The notes under the pieces: generated by a model | Databases searched by the model: none | What the model saw: only the letters and a program-made list of their open reading frames with translations | What the model was told of the DNA's origin: nothing | Part shown: one piece after another, positions 12,972 through 25,762 of the stretch | Position numbering within the stretch: position 1 is the stretch's first letter | Layout: every line of letters starts with the position of its first letter | Translations under genes and position numbers: made by a program | From: Octopus vulgaris | Lineage: Eukaryota | NCBI GenBank assembly: GCA_951406725.2 | Contig: OX597820.1 | Coordinates: 117,180,001 to 117,244,000 of the forward strand | Direction: 5' to 3' | DNA: 64,000 bases

Positions 12972-12976
<5 letters not shown>

Positions 12977-13044
12977 TCACTGCCTGGAATCAAACTCAGA
13001 ATCTCAGGGTTAGTAGCCTGCGCTCTTAACCACCATGCTATATG

Positions 13045-13050
<6 letters not shown>
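12972..13050 (-). promoter_or_regulatory. tRNA-like head (internal Pol III A and B boxes) of family H1
   Basis: Reverse complement GGGCATATAGCATGGTGGTTAAGAGCGCAGGCTACTAACCCTGAGATTCTGAGTTTGATTCCAGGCAGTGACC: A box TAGCATGGTGG, B box GAGTTTGATTCC. Confidence 0.75.
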
Positions 13051-13129
<79 letters not shown>

Positions 13130-13181
13130 CAACATCGAAAAATAGCTTAGGAATGAGAACCCAGGTTTGAAATTTCCCCAT

Positions 13182-13227
13182 GACACCTGATGAAGGCTGG
13201 AGGGTATATCAGCCGAAACATTGTGTT
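13182..13227 (+). ncRNA. Minimal type-I hammerhead ribozyme motif (H1)
   Basis: GACAC-CUGAUGA-A-GGCUG-GAGGGUAUAU-CAGCC-GAA-ACAU-U-GUGUU, with a perfect 5-bp helix II. Confidence 0.82.
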
Positions 13228-13674
13228 AACAACAAACAAGATGAGGACAAATATCCATCAAATGTAAATAATGTAAATAATGTAAATAATTCCTCATCTC
13301 TTAAAAATAGAACCAAATGTTATATTCATTTGAAGAATTAAAGTTCAGAATTCCTGCTTGGTAATGATTATAGCACTAACGATATATCATTGTTAATTGG
13401 TGAAGACATTAAATTTGGCTGCATATTCCCACAATAGACACCTGTTTCATTAGTTTGCTAGTCTTGAGTTCAACTTCCTTTATGCAAATGTACGGAGGAG
13501 GTCAGAAGAGTGAGGCTGGTGGCTCACAGGTCTCATCTCTGTATTAGTGGAGATGTAAAGTCATTTATGAAACTGATGGTTCATATGTTGTTGTTGTTGG
13601 TGGTGGTGGTGGTGGTGGTGTTTAATTACAAGTCAGACACATTGAAGTTATTGGAGAGATGGATGTTAAAAGGT

Positions 13675-13998
13675 AGATGACGATGATGATGATAATGAGG
13701 TGGGGGATGAGGACGACGACGACGATGATGATGATGATGTTGATGACGACGACGACGACGATAACGATAATGATGATGATGACGATAATGTTGACGATGA
13801 CGATGATGATGATGATTAGGTGGGCGATGAGGATGCTGATGATGATGCTGATGATGATGGTGATAATAATGATCATGTTGAACATTATGATGATGCAGAA
13901 GAGGAGGGGGAAGGGGAAGATGATGATAATGATGATGACGACGATGATGATGATGAGGATGAGGATGACTACGAAGAGGAGGAAGAAGAAGATGATTA
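13675..13998. repeat. Degenerate (GAT)n/(GAC)n microsatellite
   Basis: Direct reading. Confidence 0.9.
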
Positions 13999-14206
13999 TG
14001 TCTGTGTGTGTATATGTGTATGTGTAAGTATACCTCTGTGTGTGTGCATGTGTGTGTGTGTGTTGATGTTTCATCTAAATTATTGTAAATAGTTTGATAA
14101 GAAGTTGTGGACATCAAAGAAATTTGGTGGCAAGGTACGAATGTAATTTTAGGAAACAACAAATATGAACTGACCTGAAAATAGCCGTTGGCCGTAATGA
14201 GAGGTG

Positions 14207-14460
14207 AAGGCATATGGACAAGTGGTCAAGACATTGCACTCACAATCACAAGATCATTGTTTCAATTCCTTGATTGAGCAGTATTTTGTGTTCTTGAGCG
14301 AAACATGTCTTTTCATCTTGGTCCAGTCCACTCAGCTGTAAATGTGCAACCCTAAAACAGATGAGTGTCTTGCTCAAGGGGAAGGTTGTCATCTCAGTCA
14401 CTTATACGTCATAGAGACCAGGTAACCAACCTGATGGGTCCTTAGAACTCAAAACAATAC
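14207..14460 (+). mobile_element. tRNA-derived SINE, family C
   Basis: GGCATATGGACAAGTGGTCAAG...GTTTCAATTCC...GTGTTCTTGAGC. Confidence 0.65.
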
Positions 14461-14479
14461 TTAATATATATTCTTTAAT

Positions 14480-14670
14480 ACTCCAGGCACAAGGCCCGAA
14501 ATTTTTTGGGTGGGGACCAGTTGATTAGATTGACCCCAGTACACAACTGCTACTTAATTTATCAACCCCGAGGGGATGAAAGGCAAATCTGAATTCAGAA
14601 CGTAAAGACAGATGAAATACCACTAAGCATTTTGCCTGGCGTGCTAACATTTCTGCTTGATCACTGCCTT
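14480..14670 (-). mobile_element. tRNA-derived SINE, family B (degenerate)
   Basis: GACCCCAGT..TACTTAATTTATCAACCCCGAGGGGATGAAAGGCAAA..CAGAACGTAAAGACAGATGAAATAC. Confidence 0.75.
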
Positions 14671-15454
14671 AAATACTTAATACATATTGAGAGTGCCAGC
14701 CCTTCATATATCAACCCCACAACAATAATGGTGACAGCAATGATGAATTCCAGCTCCCATAACAGACAATTCTCTCTCATCTGCTACAATCTTGCACCAA
14801 GCACCAATATGAAAGGATCTCTCAAGGCTAATAAAATCAGTATTAAGTGTCCTAACAAGACACCTACATTAAGTTGGATATAAGGATTACCTTTTGGTAC
14901 TACTACTGCTTCTGTCAGTAATAATTAATGAAGATGACAGCAATGATGGTTTCTTGAGCCAAAAAGCAACTGGGAATTTCATGAGTAGTTCTTTAAAGTC
15001 ACTCAATATATTGATTGCTGAAGACAAATCTGTCTCCAACAAGCTCCCACCAGGCATCGTTGAAAAGATGAGTTTGCTCAAAATACTATGATTTTGTGTT
15101 GTGATTGTATAATCACAAGAGAAGAATTGGATACAAGAATTCCTAAGAATTGTTACTTTTATTGACATTGAAAAGGATTTATGAGTCAACATGAGCCAGG
15201 CTTTTTATGGAATAGTCTAAGATTTTAATCACAGATTCAAGATGGCATGAAATGAGCCAGATTTATGGAGTTAAGATCACTTAGTTACAGTAGAAATGCT
15301 AGATTAAAAAAAATCTGTGAACTAAGAGTTAGAATGTGCTTTCCAAGTGATTCTTTACAAATCAGTCTGATAGTTTCTTTTAGGTGCAGTTTAGGATATA
15401 TACCTGCTTAGCAGCTGACCTTGGAGCAGTTTTCCAATGAGGGTCTCAATGTGT

Positions 15455-15855
15455 TCATCATCATCATCATCATCATCATCGTTTAGCGTCCGCTTTCCAT
15501 GCTGGCATGGGTTGGACGGTGCAACTGGGGTCTGGGAAGCCAGAAGGCTGTACCAGGCCCAGTCTGATCTGGCAATGTTTCTACGGCTGGATGCCCTTCC
15601 TAATGCCAACCACTCCATGAGTGTAGTGGGTGCTTTTTAAGTGCCACCGGCACGGAAGCCAGTCAGGGCGGCACTGGCAATGGCCACGTTCGGATGGTTC
15701 TCTTATGTGCCACCAGCACTGATATCACAGCAACAATTTCCATTCATGCTGATCAATTTTGATTTTTGATTTTTTGATTTTAATTTTTGATTTTTTTGAT
15801 TTTCACTTGCCTCAACAGGTCTTCACGAGTAGGGTTTTGTGTCCCAGGAAGGAAA
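15455..15855 (-). mobile_element. RTE 3' UTR-derived repeat with (ATC)n tail
   Basis: Reverse complement of the 29950-30463 UTR, including CGTGCCGGTGGCAC.TAAAAAGCACC. Confidence 0.85.
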
Positions 15856-16049
15856 TGAATGACAAACCCTCTCAAATCACACCCTGCCATTTAAAAAAAA
15901 AAAAAAATTAGTGATGGCTGAAATGTCTTCATGGTCCACATGATTAGGCTTGGCCTAGATCTAAACACAGTACATTGGTTTCTTTCTGACTATTCCAGAT
16001 CATCTTCAAAATGGTTATGTTATTAATTGTCATTCTAAATATTATGACA

Positions 16050-16850
16050 TCATTCCTCAGTTCAGTTCCTCCTCTACTCCTGACCACATTGGACAGCAAG
16101 TTGATGCCACTGGTTTCTGTTGGCTGCAGTTTTCACTACACCTGGCCATGTCAGTTATGAATGTTCTGCACCATGTAGTTTTTCGGCCTTTCTCTCCTTC
16201 CTTTTCCTTCTGTTGGTGTCCACTTGAAAGCTATTTTAGAACGACATTATTTTCAAAACAGGCATATCTGACCAGCTAGTTTTCCATTTTGTCTTGGTGC
16301 TCTTTAGAATGTCTTCGTTGGTCTTGTGTGTACAGTCTTAGAATTCTCATATCTTTATATATAAAAGTGAAGTTGTGTGTCTGTCTCCTACGATTTAGAT
16401 TCCTAACTACTCCCACATTTTGCGGTGCAGTGTAACCAAAAGCGGGTATCTTATAGTCGTGATTCATATCGAGCCTTTCTGGGTATTAGCGCTCGTCTAC
16501 GATTTAAAAAAAAATTTACCATCATTTTTTCCCATTTTTAATGCATTTTTTTGCTATTATATAAGGGAAGTAACTCTCTAAAAATGTATTATTAAATCTC
16601 AGAACGTAAAAAGCTACAGTAACACCCCCCCCTTTGTGGTTAGCCATATTGAGATGGCTATTATACTTTACATCTCTAAAAATGCTTATATAGTTATTTC
16701 CCTTTCAAACCCGAGCAACGCCGGGCGATACTGCTAGTTTCTTAATAAAGACTAAATTATGTTTAGAATCTCATCCAGTTCAATTAATTACCAGGAATAA
16801 GAACCAGAATTTTTGGTTGGTTGATTTGAAACAGACAAGCAGCTTGTTCA
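16050..16850 (-). mobile_element. Old RTE/RTE-X LINE 3' remnant interrupted by a Helitron
   Basis: Minus strand gives SKIAFKWTPTEGKGRRERPK and TAANRNQW, the RTE C-terminal W.P.GKR.RGRP and A.DR..W motifs. Confidence 0.65.
16352..16737 (+). mobile_element. Non-autonomous Helitron
   Basis: A|TC start, CCCGAGCAACGCCGGG hairpin, CTAG|T end. Homologous to 4764-5070. Confidence 0.88.
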
Positions 16851-17695
16851 GAAGCGGACATTTAAACTTTTGCAAAGGGTTAAAAATTGAGGATTTTTAT
16901 AATAGATTGTAATGCTGACTTCATCCAGTTCGAAGCAATGTGAGAGTCACTCAATTTGTTTGAAATAGCCACCATATGTACCTCAAACCACACTTTAATC
17001 ATCTTAAAAATGGAAATAATCCAAATACGATCCTAGCATGATTGTAATACTTTTAATTACAGGCCTGTTTAATGAAGGCAGATTTGGAGTCAAAAGATAG
17101 CAACTTGTGACAAATATCATTTGTGCTAAACGGGCATCCAAACCACGAGATTCTTCGTTTACCAGCTTAATTATCATGAAGACCAAAGATATGCAATTAG
17201 GCTGCATAAGTCTGTGAAATAACATTTTCTCAATCTATACTTTGAAACAAATTTCACAATCTCTCTTGAAAAGAAACACAACACTAAGTGTTTATATCTA
17301 TAGAGAAACGTATACAAAGTTCAATATATTGATGTCTTACTAATTTAAACTATTATAAAGTCTCTGTTTACATCTAAAGATATTAGGAAAATTCTTCAAC
17401 AGAGTCTTGTATTCATTTAGTTTTGTGTCTTGTTGTGTTTGGTTAGCATTGTTTCAAGTTTCTTGGAAAGTTCAATATGTATTTTAGAGAAATTTATTTT
17501 GAAAATAAGACTGAAGAAAATAAATACATCAAACAGAGGTTCTAGAATGTTGTAACCTAATTACAAAAACATGCATGTGTTTGTGTGTGTGTTCTTGTGT
17601 GTGGGGGTGTGAGTGTATGTATATACGTTTGCGTAAGCCTGTGCGTGCAAACGTGTGAATTCATGTGAATGTATGTATATGCATATATATGTGAA

Positions 17696-17746
<51 letters not shown>

Positions 17747-17896
17747 GTGTGTGTAGACCTATGGGCAGCACAGACTGATAGATAGCTACTCAGACAGTTA
17801 AATAGAAACAAAGTTAATATAAGCATATAGCTAGGAACACAAACATATATACATGTATATGTACAAACACATGCATATGCATACGCACGCACACAT

Positions 17897-17936
<40 letters not shown>

Positions 17937-19048
17937 GGAGTGAGAGAGAGAGACATATATAAAGATATATCTAATCATTCCTACATGTACAGCCACTGAC
18001 ATATAACATACATGATGCAAGTGAACAGAATATAAATCCAATTATTTTACCATTTCCAATAAACGAACAAAGAAATTCTCGAGAAATTCTTAAGAAATTC
18101 TTAAGATAAAAATTGAGCTTCTAAAAAAAAAAAATCGTAAGTCTTTGATTTTTCAAATTATGTACTGAAGTAAAAAAAATAAATAAATAAATTTATAGAT
18201 AAAAACAGAGATATGCAAAAGAGTATACGAAGCTAGATTCTAACTTTGGTTGATGGTTGAATTAAGTTTAATCAGAAAACGAAATTTTTTTTTTTTTTTT
18301 TTGTGTAAAATTCTTAAAATTATTTTAAAATCATTTTATATTTTTATTTTCACTCCAAAATAATATTTGCAGAAAAATAATAAAGGAATTGGTAAATATG
18401 TTAGTGTGTGTCTATGTATGGATGAATAACATATGTGCATGTATGTATAAATATCGTCTCTGTATATATATATATAAATACTATGGAAATTGAGGGTGAA
18501 AGAAAGGAGTTGTCTTAGAGGAACAAAAAAATGATGCTTTCATCCAGTGAACAATGTTTTTATTGTTGTTGTGGTTGTTGTTGCTGTTGTCTTGTTTCTA
18601 TTGTTATTAATATTTTGTATAAAGGTGTTGTTAGTTTTCTTTAGGTTTATTCGTCAGTCTTCCAGTGATCAATATATAATTAGCATGAGTCAAGAAAGAG
18701 AGTCAATGAAATCGATACATCCACCTGCAACACAAAAGGTATAAAACTGTGGCTTTGTGTCAGTGTTATAGATTATCGCCAGTAATCCACGTGTAAAAGG
18801 AAGAGAGTGGAGGGGACAGTGAAACGCTGGTATACGCAGGACAGTGGACAGAGACAAGAGAACTTCTTATTCAAGAGACGAGAGACATAGAATTGGAACA
18901 GCATCGTTTTTGCTTGTTTGAGAGCAAAACAAGAACCTGCATGAAGTCCATCAACAACTACAGCCACGTAGGGATGACCTAGGGCTAAAAAAGCAACACC
19001 AATCGATGCCGCTGAAGCTGCTGTTCAGAAATGTTTTAACTCTAGCAT

Positions 19049-19276
19049 TTAACCCTTTCGTTAATGTATTTATTTTGAGATGCTTTGTGTTTCTTTCAAT
19101 TACTTTAGATATAACAAAGAATTTAGTAAAATAACTTAGTTATCATTCAGCCAGTGTTAGAAACATGAATTGTGACTAAGGTTTGGTGGAAGATTTTAAT
19201 TCAAAACTTATGAAAACAAGACATTTGTACTCAGAGCCAGAAGTGGTTTCAAGCAGGTTGATGTCAAAAGAGTTAA
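19049..19276. mobile_element. TTAA-flanked piggyBac-type MITE, with a partial second copy at about 19300-19370
   Basis: TTAA-CCCTTTCG ... CAAAAGAG-TTAA termini. Related to 42192-42557. Confidence 0.65.
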
Positions 19277-19810
19277 GAATTGTTTCTCTATTATATATTT
19301 TAACCCTTTTGTTACTGTATTTCTGTTAAGATGCTCTGTGTTTCTTTCAATTAATTTTAGATGTAACATTTAATATCCATTGTCCATGCTGGCATGGGTT
19401 GGACAGTTGGACTGGGCTGGCATGCTGGAAGGCTGTACCAGGCTCCAGTCAGATTTGGCAAGGTTTTCTATAGCTGGATGCCCTTCCTAATGCCAACCAC
19501 TCCAAGAGTGTAATGGGTGCTTTTATGTTTGTATGTGTGTGTGTGTGTTGGGGGCTCATGGAGGAAATAACAATGGACCAAGATGTTTGGTGATATGAGG
19601 TTCTAGAAAAGACCCATCCATGAAATTGAGTGCTAGAAGAGCTGTGTCCCACCCACATGTAGCAACACACTTTTTCACCCCTCTCTACCCTAAGAAACCG
19701 AACTACATCTCTTCTTCCAAACTGCATCTTTCTCTTCCTCACATTTCCTCTTCATAAACATTTCCGGAGGGTCCTAACGATTCTACCAGCCTGTTGCCTT
19801 TTTGATGATG

Positions 19811-19865
<55 letters not shown>

Positions 19866-19885
19866 TGATAATAATAATAATAATA

Positions 19886-19993
<108 letters not shown>

Positions 19994-20365
19994 TCAAAAC
20001 GGCATTACAATATCAAAACTGCCGACAAGTGGTATAATCACCACCCTGAAGCAGTAACTGAAGGAGAAAATGTAACGATTCTGTGGGACTTTCCAGTACA
20101 TACAGACCGAACCATCAAAGCCAATAAACCAGATATTGTTGTGAAAGAAAAAAAAAATAAAGTTTGCTTATTGATCGACATGAGCATCCCCTGTGATCAT
20201 AATATCTCGGCGAAAGAGTTTGACAAGCTCAGAAAATATAAAGACCTGCTCATTGAAATTGAGAAAATGTGGCATCTCAAGGCGGTTACAATACCAGTGA
20301 TCGTAGGAGCACTAGGAATGATCAAGAAGGGAACCGAAAATTATATGAGAATGATCCCTGGCTTA

Positions 20366-21656
20366 CGAGGGACGTTCAATAAGTAATGCCTCTGAGCCAC
20401 TTGCAGTTATTTGATCTAGCTGAAATTTTGCATGTGCAATTATTCATATCTCTATAGATTAAGTGGCAAATTACAGCTCTGAACTAATTGTAGTTTCTGA
20501 TTTACAGGTGTTTGAACTAAGTCAAGTGTGAAATGGAGCCTGTTGAGTGTCGAGCAGTGATCCGGTTTTTGTATTTGAAAGGACGCACACCACGGGAGAC
20601 TTTTGATGAAATGAAAGTAACTTATGGTGATGATGCCCCATCATATGACCTTGTAAAACGCTGGCATCGTGAATTCAAACATGGTCGGAACTCTGTGGAA
20701 ACAGCTCCCAGATCTGGTCGCCCCCTTCTGCTATTGATGAGGCATCTGTCCGTCAAGTTGAGGCTGCCATTTTGGAAGATCGACGCATAACTATTCGCCA
20801 AATAGCCCATGAGATCAAGATTAGTACTGGGTCTGTGGAAACTATCATTCATGACCATTTGCATATGCAAAAGGTGTCTGCTAGATGGATTCCCAGGTTG
20901 CTCACACCTTTCCAGAAGCAAGAACGCGTCGAGTGCTCGAGGATGAATTTGGAGATGTGCCAAGAAGATGAGTCAAAATTTTTCAAAAGACTGATTACAC
21001 AGGATGAAACCTGGGTCTATCACTATGATCCAGAGACCAAAGCCCAATCAATGCAGTGGAAGCACCATGACTCACCTCCTCTAAAGAAGGCAAAGGTGCA
21101 GCCCTCCGCTGGCAAGGTCATGCTCACAGTCTTCTGGGACCAGGATGGAGTAGTGATGACAGATTTCCTGGCAAAGGGTACCACAATTACAGGAGCTTAT
21201 TATGCTTCACTTTTGAGGAAATTAAGAGAAGCTATCAAAATCAAGAGGCAGGGCAAGATCAGCAAAGGCATCCTCCTCCTGTAGGACAATGCTCCGGTCC
21301 ACAACTCGCGTGTCGCCAGATCAGAAGCACAGGCGTGCGGCTATGAACTCCTCCTCCATCCCCCTACTCTCCTGACCTTGCACCCTCTGATTTTCTCCTC
21401 TTTCCAGCCATGAAGTTGTTTTTGAAAGGAAAGCATTTCCCAGATGATGCAGCCTTGATTTCTGAAGTCACGTCGTGGTTGGAGGACTAAGCTGGGGTCT
21501 TCTACAAAAACGGTCTCCAGAGCTGCATCAAATGATGGGAGAAATGTGTACCTCTTGGTGGTTCCTATGTAGAAAAAGACTAATAACTGTGCCAAGTTTC
21601 GTTGCTCTACTGTTATGGGAAGTGGGTCAGGGGCATTACTTATTGAACGCCCCTCG
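20366..21656 (+). mobile_element. Full-length mariner transposon with TIRs and TA target duplication
   Basis: TA-CGAGGGACGTTCAATAAGTAATGCC ... GGCATTACTTATTGAACGCCCCTCG-TA, with TA at 20364-65 and 21657-58. Confidence 0.97.
20533..21583 (+). pseudogene. mariner DD34D transposase, disrupted by one frameshift near 20725 and several stops
   Basis: CRAVIRFL, RSGRP, WIPRLL, ITQDETW, KVMLTVFWD, *DNAPVH, HPPYSPDLAPSDF. Confidence 0.93.
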
Positions 21657-21932
21657 TACCATCCCTGCAAGAAATGCAAAAGATTGTCTTAACTGGTACA
21701 TCACACGTATTGAGAAGAGCATTATCGATGTGAGAACTATTACTACCCATGTATTTTAATTTAACTTTAAAAAAAAAAAAATGAACGAACTAGTGAGTTT
21801 AATTTAATGGCCTACCAATGTATACTATGAGTTTCTTTGCCCTAGGAGTCGGGAAGATACTCGGCAAGAAATGGAAGCAAATTTGAAAGAAGAAGAAAAA
21901 AAAAAGATAATAATAATAATAATAATAACAAT

Positions 21933-21986
<54 letters not shown>

Positions 21987-22029
21987 TGTTATTATTATTA
22001 TTATTATTATTATTAATATTATTATAATA

Positions 22030-22512
22030 ATTGCTTTGTCTTGGTATAAAAGATGGGCTACAGCAAATATTCTGCTCAATACCACAGATTTGTTTGTCAG
22101 TTGTTTGACCTTAACCAGTTGAGCATGTCCCTTGGTGGCTGACGATGTGTGCATCTCTGACCATAAGCAGAAGTAGTGGGGGAGCATCATCACCGTGTGT
22201 TGAAAGGAATTCTTGAAGGTTTGGATAATTCACCTTTGGAAACATGGGTGGTTCATTCAACATCCTTAAACAATCCTTATTCAGGGACCTTTTGAGCAGG
22301 ATGGGTTACTCGACTAGAAGAAAATTCTAACTGGGCCCCACCTGCAAGGTCATGCACTGTTTATCTTGTTATGAGATCACCATGTCGTGCACATATGGTT
22401 GTGATGTATGTGCCTGGTGTACCCTTATCAGACGGGTAGTCATGATGGGTATACTGGGCTTTGTATATTTTACCCTTGTGTCACTTTGATGGCATGCACT
22501 ACTCTCTCACTC

Positions 22513-22513
<1 letters not shown>
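22030..22513 (+). mobile_element. ~550-bp TAA-associated element, 5'-truncated copy
   Basis: Reverse complement of 10575-11055, followed by (TAA)n. Confidence 0.8.
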
Positions 22514-22547
<34 letters not shown>

Positions 22548-23031
22548 GAACAATTATAATATTAATATTAATAATTTCAAATTTTGGAGAAGAGGTTAAG
22601 TTGATTACATTGACCCCAGTACTTAACTGGTACTTATTTTACAGAGCCTGAAAGGATGGAAAGCAAAGTCAACCTCTGTGGAATTTAGCAACTGTGTGCT
22701 AACAGCTCAGCCAGATTACTGCCCTAAAGAACGCTGAAATATTAAGCAAAATCTGTGAATCATTTTTTCTTCACCAGAATGTGAAATATATTCCTTCTTT
22801 TTTTTTGTGTTTAGGTGAATTCTGAATTATGACTAGTAACAAGGTACTACAATATACAATATATCTCATATGTATTGATTTCTCTCAAGAGAATATCTTT
22901 GCCATAAGCAATAAAATCAATCAGATCTGCAGTAGCTTTAGGCTTAGTTGAGTTTCCTGCTTAAATATTCCATTCGCAAATATTCACCAAAGATTTCTCC
23001 TCCTTTGGAGATTATTTTGAGAAAATCTTTA

Positions 23032-23191
23032 GGGATAGGTGTGGCTGTGTGGTAAGAAGTTTGCTTCCCAACCACATGGTTCCGGGTTCAGTCCCATTGT
23101 GTGGCACCTTGGGCAAATGTTTTCTACAATAGCTTCGGGCCGACCAAAGCCTTGTGAGTGGATTTGGTAGACGGAAACTTAAAAAAGCCTG

Positions 23192-23224
<33 letters not shown>

Positions 23225-23520
23225 AGTGTGTTTGTGTGTATGTATGTATATATGTATGTATATATGTATGAATGAGTGTGTTTGTATGTGTGTGTGTCTT
23301 TATATTGCTGTTTGTTCCCCAGTACAGCTTGATAACCAGTGTTGGTGTGTTTACATCCACATAATGTAGCAGTTTGGCAAAAGTGATTGATAGAATAAGT
23401 ACCAGGATTTAAAAAAATGTACTAGGAGTGACTCATTCAACTAAAGGCTCTTCAAGGTGATGCTCCAGCATGGCCTCAGTCTAATGACTGACTGTAAAAG
23501 ATAACAGGTAAAAGATAAAA
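23032..23520 (+). mobile_element. tRNA-derived SINE, family A (older copy)
   Basis: GTGGCTGTGTGGTAAG..GGTTCAGTCCC head, GTGAGTGGATTTGGTAGACGGAAAC core, internal (TG)n and an A-rich tail. Confidence 0.85.
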
Positions 23521-23570
23521 AAAAAGATCATATAAAGAAATTTCCTGATCCAGTTTGCTCCAATATCTAT

Positions 23571-23602
<32 letters not shown>

Positions 23603-23836
23603 CATCAATCAATCAATCAACCAATCCATCAATCAATGAAATATGTGTGTATGTGTGTGTAGATACATATATCATCATCATCATCATTTTAAGGCCATTT
23701 CTCCCCTGCCAAAACAGGAATGAGCCTTGGGAACCCTGTGATTTTTTCCTTCTCCTTTCGGTTTGTTTATTTGATGCAGTTCTTTTAATACTCAAGGCTT
23801 TCCTTGATGCCAACCTTTTAGTCCCCATTTGCAACA

Positions 23837-24084
23837 CACAGGGTGTGGTTTCAAAAGGTTGCAAGACCCTCTTTACTCTTTTACTCTTTTACTTGTTTCA
23901 GTCATTTGACTGCGGCCATGCTGGAGCACTGCTTTTAGTCGATCAAATCGACCCTGGGACTTATTCTTTGTTAGCCCAGTACTTATTCTATCGGTCTCTT
24001 TTGCCGAACAGCTAAGTGACGGGGACGTAAACACACCAGCATCGGTTGTCAAGCAATGCTAGGGGGACAAACACAGACACACAA

Positions 24085-24137
<53 letters not shown>

Positions 24138-25580
24138 TACGACGGGCTTCTTTCAGTTTCCGTCTACCAAATCCACTCACAAGGCATTGGTCGGCCCGGG
24201 GCTATAGCAGAAGACACTTGCCCAAGATGCCACGCAGTGGGACTGAACCCGCAACCATGTGGTTGGTAAGCAAGCTACTTACCACACAGCCACTCTTGCG
24301 CCTAATTATGTTTAATAAAAAATAACTTATTTACACAAGTTTTACCATCATCTCCTTCGAAATAGTCGCCTTGTGCAGCACTATATCGGTCTCAGCATTC
24401 CTGCCACTTTTGGAATCCAGCCTGAAGGTTGTTTTCCATAAGCAAGTCAGGACCTTCAGCAATTCACTCTGGACCTTGACAATGGTGTTAAAATGGCAAA
24501 CCTTTGAGCTGCATTTGCATCTTGGGGAAGAGATGGAGATCCATAGATGCTAAATCTGGCAAATAGGGTGGGTGTGGAAATGATACCATGTTGTCTTTGG
24601 CAGGAAGCTCACGAGTGGGAAGAGTGGAGTAACACGATGCATTGTTATCTTGAAGAATCCTATTCTTCGTATTCTACAGATCCGGTCCCTTTTATTAAAT
24701 GTCTACCTTCAAATGCTTCAAAACATCACAGTAGAACTCCCAATTGACCGTCTGATCCTGAGGGACGAATTCTTGATACACAATATGGCGGGTGTAAAAA
24801 ACAATGATGAGTATGACCTTGAGTGAGCTGCGGTTCTGTTGTGGTTTCTTTGGTCGTGGAGATGAAGGCCTCTTCCGTTGTGACAACTGCTGCTCCATCT
24901 CAGGGTCACACTGGTAGACCCCAGCTCTCATCACTGCTGATGATCCTTGACATGAAGGATGGGGTCATCAGCGATACATTGACAGAGATCTTGACAGACT
25001 TTGATGCAATGTTCTTTCTGCTCAGTGGTCAGCAGGCAGGGAACAAACTTGATAGAGACATGCTACATGTTCGATTCAGACATCAGGATTGCCTGCACAG
25101 ACCCATACAACAGACCAACATCAGAAATGTCATTGATTATCCTCTGACAATCTTCATGCACAACCTGATGAATTTTCTCCCCGTTTCTGGGGATGATGAT
25201 TAATGAAGGTCTTTCAGATTCCTCATCGTCTTCCAGAGATGTTCATCCCCTTTTGAAGGGCTTGTGCCACTCAAAACATTGCATACGACTCATTGCCTCA
25301 TCACCATAAGCTCGCCAAAGCCTACTCAATGCCTCTGTAACAGACCTCCCAAGTTTAACGGAAAATATCACGTTGGCTCTTTGTCCCTGTCCATTACAAA
25401 ATCACAGACACACGTGATCACAAAAACACAAATTTCACAACTTGCAAAGTAAACACAGCAATGCCACTCGGCACACTGCCTAATGAAGGTTACTGCTAGT
25501 TCTCACTGCGCACACAACCAAGTGCTGCCATCTGTTGGCGTGCTACACAACTAGTCCTGGAACTTTTTGATGCCACCTCA
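23837..25580 (-). mobile_element. Degenerate full-length mariner with a SINE inserted near its 3' TIR
   Basis: Minus-strand C-terminus GFQKWQEC..QGDYFEGD, EFVPQDQTVNWEFYCDVLKHL. TIR-like GAGGTGGCATCAAAAAGTTCCAGGAC at 25580, with a degenerate partner at about 23840-23868. Confidence 0.82.
23870..24303 (-). mobile_element. tRNA-derived SINE, family A, full length
   Basis: AGGCGCAAGAGTGGCTGTGTGGTAAG head through to the (GAGTAAAA)n tail. Highly similar to 26195, 36162 and 54745. Confidence 0.92.
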
Positions 25581-25762
25581 TAATGTAACCCTTCTCAACT
25601 TTTTATCATTTAATGAGGCCCAAATATTCTCCCAGTTTTATATTCAAGCCAGCCAGATCTGGTCTCTCACACCTACCCTACAATGTCATGCTAAAAGTAA
25701 ACAATTACATTGTTTACATTATATACATTTGATGAATATTTGTCTCCATCTTGTTTGTTGTT

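Larger units (their letters stand above)
10390..13314. mobile_element. Hammerhead family H1, copy 1: inverted arms (10390-10560, 13130-13314) around a tRNA-like head; its (TTA)n spacer is interrupted by two TAA-targeting retroelements
   Basis: The arms are reverse complements and match the arms of the uninterrupted copy at 25703-26193. Confidence 0.8.

Noticed and set aside
12972-13050. Functional tRNA gene
   Set aside because: The acceptor and anticodon stems are imperfect, the second copy is internally deleted, and it is embedded in a repeat. Treated as a SINE-type head; the same applies to SINE A, B and C heads.
14887-15192. Possible host exon (101-aa minus-strand ORF ending at an AG|GTAATC donor-like site)
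   Set aside because: No recognisable protein motif, no clear acceptor and no partner exons; it would need RNA-seq or homology support.
18775-19030. GC-richer unique stretch as an exon or LINE end
   Set aside because: Stops interrupt the plus-strand frames I checked, and the resemblance to an NFF..WN LINE motif is too weak to call.
20772-21284. Domesticated SETMAR-like gene
   Set aside because: It lies within intact TIRs and a TA TSD and carries a frameshift and stops, so it is an ordinary dead mariner.
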